The notes beneath the pieces were generated by a model. The model made no database searches. It was not told the DNA's origin and saw only the letters and a program-made list of their open reading frames with translations. The translations under genes were made by a program, and so were the position numbers. DNA of 63,964 nucleotides, filler included, from Syncephalis fuscata S228 (taxonomy: Eukaryota; Fungi; Zoopagomycota): assembly GCA_025786725.1 (NCBI GenBank). It is 5 parts of 5 records of this genome, joined end to end, with 100 filler letters (N's around TTAATTAATTAA, not from the genome) between each part and the next. Parts side by side here need not be neighbours in the genome. Positions count along the whole stretch, not along the records: positions 1 to 11,484 come from JAHLTZ010000281.1; positions 11,585 to 24,462 come from JAHLTZ010000256.1; 3 more parts are not named here. The stretch is one strand, 5' to 3'. How positions within the stretch are numbered: the first letter of the stretch is position 1; each line of letters begins with the position of its first letter. Shown in pieces: positions 1 to 11,952 of this stretch.

Positions 1-1559
1 AAGCGTTATAGAACACTACAGATTGATTTTGCGCGGCTTTTTACATAGTAAATCGTTACTTAATTATCTTACACTCACATCCAATACTTTGTATTATCGT
101 TTATTGTATTGAGTAGTTGTATACACAACTTGTAGCATCTTCCTGTACTCATGCAGCTTAATGCAATCTCACTAACCAAAACAGGCCTGCATCGGACATA
201 AATATCAAATGGTCCGTGTACACCTTGCTAAACCGGTAAATAGTCCGATAAACTGGATGGCGTGATCACAACAACAAATAGACAAAGCACGTGGTCTTGT
301 GTTTACTTTTCATAAATACGCCACCATCATGACTATCGCATATTAATAACGCGTGTACACGGCTCAAGCAATAGCAAATCATTTACACAATACATGTAGC
401 TGTAATAACATATAATGGTGTTTATTCAAGTCACTTGTATATAGTTTAATATTCATAAATACAGGTATTTTATTTATACAATTGCTTCGTTACTTATTTG
501 ATTGATTTATATTCAGTATATCTGTATACTTTTAATACCATAAACAATGCCAATGCTTTATACAGCACGTTTATATTGAAACTTGGTTTAAAGGTGGTTT
601 GTTGGTAAGTGAGTTGTAATTACCGTAGTTTTGTTACTGATGCAGATACATATATTTAGCTTATTGTAGCCAGTTCACTACTACAACAGTTTGTAATAGC
701 TTGTTGTTTTACATTATAAATAGCTGATGGTTTCTGCTATATGTAAAATACATGCATGGATGTGTATATCAGTGTACTCGGTAGGTATGGTTGTAGTTTA
801 CTAGACATACTAGACACAGTATTGCACAAGTACTTGGCAGAATACGAAAATAGTAATGTATATATATCTAATTGTACACGTAGCTATACTCGGCAACATT
901 ATAAGTAAAAGTTGCACCGCTTCAAGTGCTGCAGCATAAATTACAAGTTGTCTGGCGATCAGTAATCTATTGCGCACTAAGGACTTAGCTGTTTGAACGC
1001 GTTGACATCCGTATCGGTTGATACTATGCCAAAACATTCAGCTTGCTTACTAATCTCAAATGCCCAAGCATATCTATAATTTACTGACATTGTATTCTAA
1101 ACAACATATGCTTGTTACGCTATGTATACTGTAGTAGTATGCAAATTGCGCTTAACTGTCGCTGTAATGTAGTAGAATCAATAATCAACGTGCGTCATAA
1201 CTATTATTATCACCGATTCTATTGCTACTGTGTCTGTGCTTTATTATTATGCTTGAATAGCTATAAAACACTGTGATTACTTTTCAATAAACAATATAGG
1301 ATAATTATAATACTTATATATATGCTACATCCTTGGCCAACACTCATCCTGCAATAGCTAGATTTACTTTAAATAATACATGATCTTGATAAAGTTACTA
1401 TGCATACACTCAATAAGCAATAGAAGCAGTAGGAGTTGAATTTTTAACAAATACAGCTAGCGACAAGCAAGCAACTTTTACCAATAATGCTAGCTATTAG
1501 ACTATGCAACGATATAAGACAAAAACAAAACAAAACAAATGTGTGTAAATAGTAGTATT

Positions 1560-2530
1560 AACATTATAGTGTATATATATGCATGAACAAATGAGCGAGA
1601 TAAACAAAAACCATAATGAGCAGAGCTAACGCCGGACGGCAAAACAGTTCCAAATAAACTGCAATTACTATATACTAGAATTACATATAATAGAATGAAT
1701 ATACAAAGGAAAGGCATGAGTGATAGCGGTGAAACTATAGCGCATATAGCTCAATAATCCAACTGAATTAGAATTTGTAAACAATAAAACTATTGACAAA
1801 TAGACGACAGTTTTGAGTATATATTAGGTGCTATATAATGGAATGCATTATAATAGAATGAATATATAACAGAGAGGCGTGAGTAATGGCATTGAAGCTA
1901 TAGTGCTATAGTTCAATAAGCCAACGAGCCAATAAGCGCGATAGGTTAAGTATTACTATTAATGACGCTAGAGTCAAATGAATACCGGCTTTAAGCAGCT
2001 TGCAACTTGTTTATATAGAATAGGATATACCAGAATAGATATAAAATATAGAGTATGCAAAACGGTGTCAAAGTTATAGTGCATATAACACAACGAGTAG
2101 ACTGAGTGAAGTGTGTTGAAACATATAAACAATAGAATGTGTTTAGTATATCATAAAATGATATATAATAGTATTGGATAATAAATCTATGATGATGAGT
2201 GTTTGATGATTGACGTCACTCACCGCCCATCATCATGTTCAATAGATTGGGCGTTATTAATGTTAGTCATTTGTCCCCCAAAAGCAATAAATGTAATAAT
2301 GTGACGATTAAATAAAACTCACCACTTGTCCCCATGTTCAATAGAATAAAAATGTAGTTCAACTACGTGAATATTATTAGAAATAGTCGTTTGACCCCCA
2401 AATCATAATATAATCTAATGATTTGATGATTTAATAAAAATTATTACTTGGTTCCATGTTCAATAAAATAAATGTTTTGTTTGATTGCGCAAATGCTGTC
2501 AAACAAGTTAATTGACACCAGAGTAATTTT
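1560..2530 (+). repeat. Dispersed repeat arm (module A) ending in 99-122 bp tandem subunits
   Basis: CATGTTCAATA at 2234, 2333 and 2455. 2030-2410 aligns by eye with 63600-63850 (+) and with the reverse complement of 62971-63240 and 31700-32330. Boundaries approximate. Confidence 0.75.
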
Positions 2531-2713
2531 AAATAGTTAATAAACCATTTATAAAAGTAAAATGATCAATAGCTTATATAGACATTATGTGGGTTTAATT
2601 GGCCAATTGACTAAGTATCATACTTGTATTAAAAATCAAATTTAATAATAATAACAAAGACAACAATAATAACACATAATATAATATTGGATATACCAAC
2701 TACTCATTAATGA

Positions 2714-4052
2714 CTATTGAGCATCGGTTTGTTTGGTAGCGGCCATCCATGGGAAAGGTGTTACGCCAGTCTGGTCTTGGATAGTTGTAAATAGCGGCGG
2801 GAGGGTGCGAAATATATCAGCAATAGGTTGCATGGCACTGGCCGATGTAGAATGGCCATCAGCCGACTCGGCACCAGTATTCCAGACGGTAATCTTTGGC
2901 TCAAGGCCACGGACCGCCTCTGCATTCTGACGAGCCAGCTCTTGGTAGACGCCTCGATCAATCATGAGATAGTTTTGGAATGCTGCCATATCGCCATTGA
3001 AAGCTTCGACCATCATACGAAGACCAGCGGCCTTTGCATCCATTAGCATGCGAATACCTTCCGCTTCTTTAACCTTGGAGTAAAGTTCGGCCTCTGCTTC
3101 TTTTTGGCGGGAATATAATTTGGCATTGGCATCTTGCATAGCCGCTTCGCATTCGGCTGTAGCTTTGGCGACCAGCTGGGCACGTAGCTTTTCCGTTTCT
3201 GCCAATGCACGTCGCTCTTCGACCTCTTTGAACAGCTCAGCATCACGCATTTCTGCTTTACGCTTTGCTTCAATCGAAGCAACCTTCGCTTGTTGCTCGC
3301 ATTCTGATTCACGAATAGCAAGCTGTGCTGCAGCATTAGCTATGACAGCCTTACGTTCATTTTCGTAAATAATTGTCTCAGCATCTACTCGTGCAACATT
3401 CTGACGCGTTAAACCTTCGCGTTCTTTTTCACCGACATTGCCCACGTATTTGGCTTCGGCGACATCAATTTTGGCTTGGTTAACGGCGCCTTCATGCGTC
3501 TTCATTCGCATGTACAAAAAGTATTCAGAGCCAGGAGCATCCATCAGCTGTTTAATATTGGCATTGTAGATGTGCAATCCAAATTGATCCAATTCCACTT
3601 GAACCTTGGTGAAAACGTCATCTTTAAACCGTTTGCTTTCCTATAGTTTAAGATTAGCATGCCATGTTTAATGATCGTCATTAGTCTATTACCTTGAAGA
3701 TCTCTTCCATGGTCATACTGGCAGCAATAACACGCGTTTCACCTTCAATGATACCTTTAACTAGATCCGTTACTTGTTCACCTTCTTTGTCACTACCTGC
3801 CAACAGTTTGGCAAAGCGTTTTAATGATTCAATTTCATCTTTTGGACCAATGGTAAATACGGCAGGCAAGGTAAACTCCAGCTTTTCCGCCGACATCGCC
3901 TGAAGATTCAGTGTGTAGTTGGTTGGTGTAATATCAAAGTAGCGTGACTTTTGGAACGGCCAAATCCATCCTTTTTTACATAACTTAATATCGCCCACAC
4001 CAATACCAGTAACAATCAAGTACTGATTAGCGGCACTAATACGATAAACCAT
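2714..4052 (-). CDS. Flotillin-like (SPFH/band 7) protein, 2 exons (4052-3693, 3640-2714), ~428 aa
   Basis: Starts [16 protein letters not shown]. Contains [54 protein letters not shown], an Ala/Glu coiled coil and [10 protein letters not shown] 52-nt GT-AG intron (3692-3641) joins the two ORFs in frame. Confidence 0.95.
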
Positions 4053-4269
4053 AGTGAAAATAAGCTGGCAAATAGATGCTAACAAGTGTTAGAGTAAAAG
4101 AAAACTGTAAGTGAATTGGATAGCATGGTAAAAAATAGTTGCTCATTTTATTACAAACAGCGCTGTTGTCCATGCGTCAATATGCATCATGCTACGACTT
4201 GAATATGGAATTTCCTTACTAGCCACAATTAAGGAAGTGTTAAAAATAGGCAATAAATTGTTGGCCTTA

Positions 4270-5167
4270 TTAAGACTTTGTAGAATATTCTGTACCATCG
4301 CCTAATGCGCTAGTATTGCCATTATGTGTGGGTAGTTTCTCCGCTAAACACGTGGCCAAATAAGCAATAATAATCATGTGCATCCACTAGTTCTAGTCAA
4401 CGCCCACCTACCTCGCGCCCTTTCAAGTTTCTGCAGCTCTTCAAGCGCCCTTCCAGTCACTGGTTGTTTACCCACACCAAGCGCATGATGGACAATACGC
4501 CGAGCAATAGTAGTATTTGTCTTGGGTCGGAGTGGATCTTTTGTAGCGGTATCATCTAGTTGATCACCAATCGAAGATTAAATCATATACTCAAGTACTC
4601 CCAATCCAGTGCATTTTACCTTTGCGTTCCAAATACTTTTCTGGTAATGGTCCACTGTAGGGCCTCACTTTTACGACCGCATGGTCTACATTCTCCAAAA
4701 ACGCTCTCTTGGCTAGCGTGCTGTCAATGGCTATATAACTATGATGTCATGTCTTTACTTACCCATTGCCCAATCATAGAAATCGATTAAGGCCTGGTCG
4801 TCATCGATCCAGAATATGCGATAGCCACCAAGTGATGTCTGGTATGGACGGAATATATTATGAAGATCGATATTCTTGAACATGGCAGGGATTTGTGATA
4901 CCTCAAGAATCTTGCAACGTTCTTGTTGGAATGCTTCAATAGATGTTCGATTAGGAAGTGTAAAATAGAAGCACAAGTTTCAGTGTCATCTACTTACGCG
5001 ACTGAGGTGTCGTTGCCAGTTGCGTCTCATCAGCTGCCTCTTTATTTACAGACGAAGACTGCTGCTCATTGACCTGTTCTTCTGAGACTATTCTAAGCTC
5101 AGTACTGCATGCACAATGACTCATCTCAGACAGTACCTTCTACCGGTTTACCAGCGGTGTTGGACAT
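4270..5167 (-). CDS. R3HCC1/R3HCC1L-like RRM protein, 6 exons, ~200 aa
   Basis: Manual splicing gives MSNTAGKPVE...KILEVSQIPAMFKNIDLHNIFRPYQTSLGGYRIFWIDDDQALIDFYDWAMAKRAF...KVRPY...RPKTNTTIARRIVHHALGV...EELQKLERAR...KS*. All introns are GT-AG and the frame is continuous. Matches the R3HCC1-family C-terminal region from recall. Confidence 0.8.
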
Positions 5168-5486
5168 AATGTCAAGACAAATGAAGTACTATAGAGTAGG
5201 TGTTGATAGTTGTAATGATTGAACTGCTTATTGTTCAATAAACCACAATAATCACAGTAGTAGTCGTAAGAATGTAAATATGACTACAACGTGCTAGTAA
5301 GAAGGCAGTATATAGATTGATGGTATTTTATAACAAGCAATTATTATTATTAATTTTACACAATTGATTTATCTTACAATTCTTTTAGTATAACGTTTGT
5401 TTAAATTGTTTAAAATAGACTAATTTTAAAATACTAATAAACAAATATCAAATTAGTTTTTACCATTGTATTTTCTTATTTTTGTC

Positions 5487-7789
5487 ATGCAGCATTTACA
5501 ACACTTATTTGTTTTACGTACTGTCTTACGGCCATATTTATGGCAGTCTTGCAAGGCTAAAACGATTTATGCATCGAGATTCCGTGCTAATTATACAGCG
5601 ACTACTTTGAATTCTTTAGCAAGCAAAGCCACTACATTAAATTCCACGCATGCTGGCTTAATACAAAGTCAAAAATCAGCTTGGAACGTTATTATAGGAC
5701 TGGAGATTCACGCACAGCTTTGTTCGCAGTTCAAGCTATTTTCAGGTAATTCAACAAGTAGCAACGTTTGTCGTAATGCTGTACTAATTGTGATCACTTT
5801 AGACGCGCCTACTGTCTATGAAGACCAGCCAAATACTCAAGTTTCTGTGATAGATGCAGCGTTTCCAGGCACACTTCCAGTAAATACACCATTGATATTG
5901 TAGCTATAAATACTTACTACGCATTGTTAAAGTTATTAAATTCAGAATGTGTAGCGCTGGCCACACGAATAGCTTTAGCGCTCTCGTCTCAGATACAAAC
6001 ACGTTCTAGTTTTGATCGAAAGCACTATTTTTACCATGATTTGCCAGCTGGATATCAAATAACACAGCATAAAGGTAATAGTTTGTTACAATGACAAACA
6101 AATGGCTAAGACTAAATAGAACCAATTGCGCGTGGAGGTGAACTCTGCCTGTCATCGTTAGATGGTTTGCCTTATGAAAGAACAATACGGCTAGAGCAAT
6201 TGCAGCTGGAGCAGGTAAGCTATTTATATGTCGTGTAGGTATTTATATACTAATAGCTATATTTTATTTTATAGGATACAGGCAAAAGCATCAGTGATAT
6301 TACTGGAGCAAGAATGAATGTCGATCTTAACCGGGCTGGCATGCCTTTAATAGAAATTGTTACTAAACCCGATATACGGTTTGTGTCTATTGTTAATGTT
6401 TTGTAAATCAATTAATATACATATAATAGATCTTCTTATGAAGCTGGTATGGCAGTACGAAAACTGCAGTCTATTCTACGCTCGATAGGTGCTTCCAATG
6501 GCAATATGGAGCAGGTAATACATCATAGATGGTGTGCAACTAGTGCTTATTACATTCATTTAGGGATCACTACGCTGTGACGTTAATGTATCGATTTGCA
6601 AGCTTAATGAGCCACTAGGTGTACGCTGCGAGCTAAAAAATCTTACGAGTATACGATTTCTTACTGCAGCCATTGGTAATTCGGTGGATTAATTTAATGA
6701 CAGAAGATTTGATGCGATTTTATAGATGCGGAAGCTGATCGTCAAATTAAAACATTGGAATCCGGCGGTAAAGTGATCCAGACAACACGAGGCTATGATG
6801 CTGTACGCAAAGAGACATTTAGCTTACGCACAAAAGAGACTGCTGTTGACTATAGGTATAGCGATAGACACATAATACTCGGTCATAATTACTCATATAA
6901 ATAATAGATACATGCCAGATCCCGATTTGCCATCTATTTATATAGCACAGGTAAATGGCAGCTAGATTAAGCAATTGTTGAATAACTAATGCAATGCTAG
7001 AACTACATTGATTATCAGCAAAATGTGCTACCCGAATTGCCAGATGCTCAAAAGCGGCGATTCATGTCATCTTTTGATCTTTCGGCCAATGAATGTGATA
7101 TACTTTTTACAGAACCTTCTGCTGCTGCTTATTTTGAACAAGTAAGAATTATGTAGCTGCTCGTTGGATGGCAATAACAAGTCTTCAATGCTATTTAGGT
7201 AACAAAAAACATTGATTCTCGTTTGGCATTTAACTGGTAATAAGCTTGAATATTAAAAGACTTTAGTAACATTGGACACTTAGGATAACCAATGAGCTTA
7301 TGGGCCATCTAAACAGTAGTGGTATATCATTCAGTAATAATACAGTTAGTGTCAATCAGCTACGCTCTATCTTGATTGCTTTAAAGGATCAGAAAATAAA
7401 CGGTGGGTTGTAATAAATAGCTAAAACCAATTGTTAATCTCGTGGATGGTTTAGGCAAGATTGCCAAGAAAGTACTGGCTAAAATGGCTGAAGGAGATTC
7501 TCAAGAAACAAGCTTGATTGTAGAAGCTAATGGTTGGAATGAAATTTCTGATACTGCTATATTAGAGAATATTTGTCAGCAACTTGTTGCTGATAATATA
7601 GATAAGGTAAACAGATTCAGTTTGTTTTTGTTAGTAATTAACATAGCCGATAATTAGGTAACTTTGATACAGCAGGGCAATCGTCGACTGTTTGGATGGT
7701 TTGTCGGTCAAGTGATGCAGCAGACAAAAGGGCAGGCCAATCCCAAGCTGGTCAATCAATTGCTAAAGGCTTTACTGGAACAACCTTAA
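5487..7789 (+). CDS. PET112: Mitochondrial glutamyl-tRNA(Gln) amidotransferase subunit B, 14 exons
   Basis: Basic presequence, then [79 protein letters not shown] and [15 protein letters not shown]. 13 GT-AG introns. Confidence 0.97.
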
Positions 7790-10700
7790 TTTATAATGAC
7801 ATTATACAAAAGAAAGACGACGCAAAGCAAAACTGAACTTAGTTAATATTGTAGTTTAGTTATGAACTATAATAAGATTATTCAAACGTTATTTTAAATA
7901 CTGTGTTATTGTTGTAGTTAGTTAAACTCGCTACTAAACGTATATTCATTGTAGTTGTGGCAATTCGTGTTTATTCGTTGTTATACCTTGGTGCAAACGT
8001 AAAAGCATAGTTTTTATGCTGCTTAAATAATAGTTTGCTTTAAGTTTAGTAAATAATTATAAATGATTAAAATACAATGGCTGTATTTAAAACTCAATCT
8101 AAATAGTAAGTAATAATATGCCTTGATAATTAGTATACTCGGGTGTTGATCAAATGGTCCATCAGGTGGTTTCTTTGTTTATACAATGTTAGCAGTATTT
8201 GTATTGGGCTACAGGAATTTATGTCATGGCCGATTGTGAAACAAGATGAAAGCAATAAAACTAAATAGTTATAGAGTTGACAATAAAAGCATCGATAATA
8301 CTAAATATAGCAAGTGTGATTAGTAATATTATACAACATTATAATAGCTGACTAAGTGCAGTTTTATGTATTGCTACAATATAGATGGAACAACAGAAAT
8401 ACACTGTTTAGAATATGGTAGCAGCGAGTTATAAATATACTTGGACACGATAATAGTAAAGTAAGATGGCTGTTTTGGCACAACATCAGGCAATTCAGAT
8501 ACCATCGTGTTTATATAATTGAATTACTAATGCGTCAATAGACTACTGATGACTGAAAGGCTTGCAATCTATGCTGCGACACGTAAAGCAGTTACGACTG
8601 CTACTTGTAATACTACTGGGCATAAAAAATTGCTTGCACATACATAAATAGTCTGCCAAGTATCTGTGTAATTCAAATAAACCACAACCATACTCACTGA
8701 GTACATCGATATATACACGTCTATGCTATAAGATTTATATACGATAAAAAATAACAACTATTGATAATGTAAAACAACAAAACTAGTACAATTTGTTGTA
8801 GCAATAAACTGACTGCAATAAACTAATCAATGTATATCTACATTAGTAGCAAGCCTATACGATAATTATAATACATCTACCAACAAAACACTTTCAAAGC
8901 CAAATTTTAGTATGAATTGCAGTATGAAACATTGCCATTGTTTATGATTATTAAAAGTATGCAGATATGCCATATTAAAAACAAGATAATTTTATTGCAC
9001 CGTAGACACATGTAAAAGATAGTTCCAAGAAGTGACATACCAATAATAGTCTCAAAAAACCACAAAATCAAATTTACATATTTAATAGGCATGTCTATAT
9101 TTATGCTCCATAAGCCTGAAAACAAGTCTACTAAACCAATAATTGATACATATTCATTATATAGCGCCCTGTAATAACGTTCATTGGCACTATTCCAGTG
9201 TCAAAACTAGTAGCTTCGTCATAACATCGTTGGAAACTTTAAATAGCTGTATTAGCTCAATATCGATCTGTACCAAAATAGTTGCTATGTACATGCACAA
9301 TAGTCTTTTGTAATGCTCTATAGTCTGCAATACATTAATCGAATGATCTATGTCAAAGTATCACTATCATATCTATATGCTAAATATACTCATACATGTT
9401 TTGATTATTGCCAAGGTATGGGCTAATTTCACTGTCGACTCGTTTATCGCACTATTTAATCAATTCACCATCAGATTGGCTTTAATATTAAGAAGCTGTG
9501 CCAATCTTGTTGCCTTCTTTTAAATATGCTTAATTCAACGCAACATATTACTTTGTTCTGTTTACTTATGAATTAACAACAACTTATCAACACTACCAAT
9601 TTCCAGTTGTAGATTGCCAATAAGCAGTGCAAGTCCATTAATATTATGGCTTCATTTTTCTCAGAAGCAATACGGCTTTTCAATGGTGCTGTCGCCACGT
9701 ATTTAAACCAACATCAACTGGCATTATTGAAACAAAGCTTTTACGCCAATCAGCTGTATTTAATAGCGTTGGATCAAATTCAATCTTTTCAGTGCTAGTA
9801 TACAAATTGAATTGAGCATGCCGTGTATTGTATAAAAGTAGTCGTTGATTTAAGCGCTATTGACATATTACGTCATAAATAAAGTGATTAACAAGTGAAC
9901 CACTTTAATAAACAGCACACATTTATTAAAAATAAAGCACTACGCAATAAGACGAGTAGACACGCTAAAGTGTATAGACAGGAAAGTAAATGGAACAGTG
10001 TATATGGACCAGTGAGAGATACAAAAGGAATGAGCTAAACTTTACAACCAATAGGCCTAGCGCCAAATAAACAGCAGTTTTGAATAGCACATAGATATTA
10101 AACGATATAACAATATATAATGAAACGAATATACGAAGTAAAGAGTATGAATAGTAGTAGTATAGTACTAAGCATATATGCATTAGTGAATGAGCGACAT
10201 TAGGCGACATTTATAAAAATAACGCTAGAACAAAAATAAAAACAGTTTTGGATAGAGCATGGATGGGCGAGTATAAAATGACATATAAAATAATGTCAAA
10301 ATTATAATTGCAAACAATCTATTACACCACCTTTTATTCAAGAAACGTCGGCGACAAAGACACCAGAGAAACGTAAACGAGCCCAAGATAATGAAAACGA
10401 AAACGATGAAAACAGTCCACCGCCGCCAACTAAACGGCCAACACTGATTCCAAGACTGGTGATAATCACACTACGACAGGTGTTCTCTGCTCCGATGCGG
10501 CTATATTGTGCATCACCTACCACCAGCATCGCAATTAACAATCATTGCCGTCCTAAATCGCCAGATACGCAGTTATTTTGTAAAAATGAAGGGTACGATA
10601 ACGACAACAAATAAAACTACGATCCTCATCCCAATCTAAGTCGAAAGTATCAAAGGAAAAGATGTGTGGCTCGATGCAACACAGAGTTCCACTGGCAGAT

Positions 10701-11074
10701 ATCACTTATCTCTACGTTAGCTATGTATAAAATACCCGCAAATCTGTAATAAGCTCTATTAGTACGACCTTCTTGCTACTTAAAGATATATAAAGTTATG
10801 TTAGTAATGACTACACTTCATACTAAGCGACTATTCCGTGTAATTTGTTTTATTGAATAAAATCAGTATTAAAGCCAAGAAAAGTATACATGGATTAAAA
10901 GTGTTTTCTAAATTAAATGTGCTAGTAAATAGAATACTGTTGCTAACACAAATATTAAGAAAAAATTACAAGTGTTTTATTAGTTAAATAAAATATATTA
11001 ATAAATAAAAAAATTTTAAACACATATTAGGGAAACAATCACTTAATAATGAAATTTAAAACGCCATTGTTTAT

Positions 11075-11484
11075 TCACAGTTTATTACTCCATGTTTCAA
11101 GTCTATTGAGCTCCCAGTTATTAACATAGGTTGCAACGCGGGGTCTTTCTCCAACTGCTTTATAGAGTTTGTAAAGTGGTGAGGCTTCGTCAAGCTTGCA
11201 CGCCTCTGGTGTCTCATCATAGACTAGACTATAAAGCAAATATCGGCATAGCTTATCTAATATTATGGTTAATAACACAGCAATACAGTATATAGCGACT
11301 TACTCTTTCACCGAGAAGGTAAGTACCATCGCGACGTTGCAAGTAGTCTTGAATGGCAGCAATGAAACAAGGACGATCTCTTTTGTTGTATCGTTGAATC
11401 AGTTTTTCCTATGCATATAATTACTTAGCATCTTTACATTTATGCTTGCTTAACAGCAAGCCTCTTACATCCTTGCTCAAATTT
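11075..11484 (-). pseudogene. Glutathione S-transferase C-terminal half, 5'-truncated by the linker, with a 1-nt frame break
   Basis: Spliced ...FIAAIQDYLQRRDGTYLLGER|ISYAD, then after a frameshift LLYSLVYDE...PLYKLYKAVGERPRVATYV. GxxISxAD is the GST N-capping motif. Could be an intact gene with a sequencing error. Confidence 0.7.
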
Positions 11485-11584
11485 NNNNNNNNNNNNNNNN
11501 NNNNNNNNNNNNNNNNNNNNNNNNNNNNTTAATTAATTAANNNNNNNNNNNNNNNNNNNNNNNNNNNNNNNNNNNNNNNNNNNN
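11485..11584. other. Artificial contig linker
   Basis: N-run with a central TTAATTAATTAA (stop codons in all six frames); identical at four sites. Confidence 0.97.
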
Positions 11585-11952
11585 ACATTGTTGATAGCAG
11601 TATTCATCCAGTTCCATGTTCAATTAAATAGATATTATTGAATTTGGCTATTTGGCCACCAAATCACAATAAATGTAATAATATAACACAGTTATTATAC
11701 GTGGCAGTTAAATTCATTATAGATCAAAAATAACATTAATACATTTGGAAAATTGTAGCAGTAATCTATTAATTTAAATAAATATGTATGGTATTTTTTA
11801 TCATCAATCTATAAGACAATTCAATTTGATTATTAATATGGCAATAGTTTAATGCCACATTTGTCTTCTAGAGTGCAAAGCCCATTCCGATATGCATAAA
11901 TGACCATGACGTAGTCAAAACAGGATAATTGTACTCACTTTTACTTTGTTCT

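Noticed and set aside
2234-2465. Regularly spaced CATGTTCAATA repeats as a CRISPR-like array
   Set aside because: The intervening sequences are homologous to each other rather than unique spacers; the context is eukaryotic and there are no cas genes.
9700-9810. IMPVDVGLNT on the minus strand as a RuvC-I motif of TnpB/Fanzor
   Set aside because: A stop follows within a few codons, and no RuvC-II/III or zinc-finger motifs were found.
11529-11540. TTAATTAATTAA palindrome repeated four times
   Set aside because: Always centred in N-runs; a synthetic six-frame-stop contig linker.
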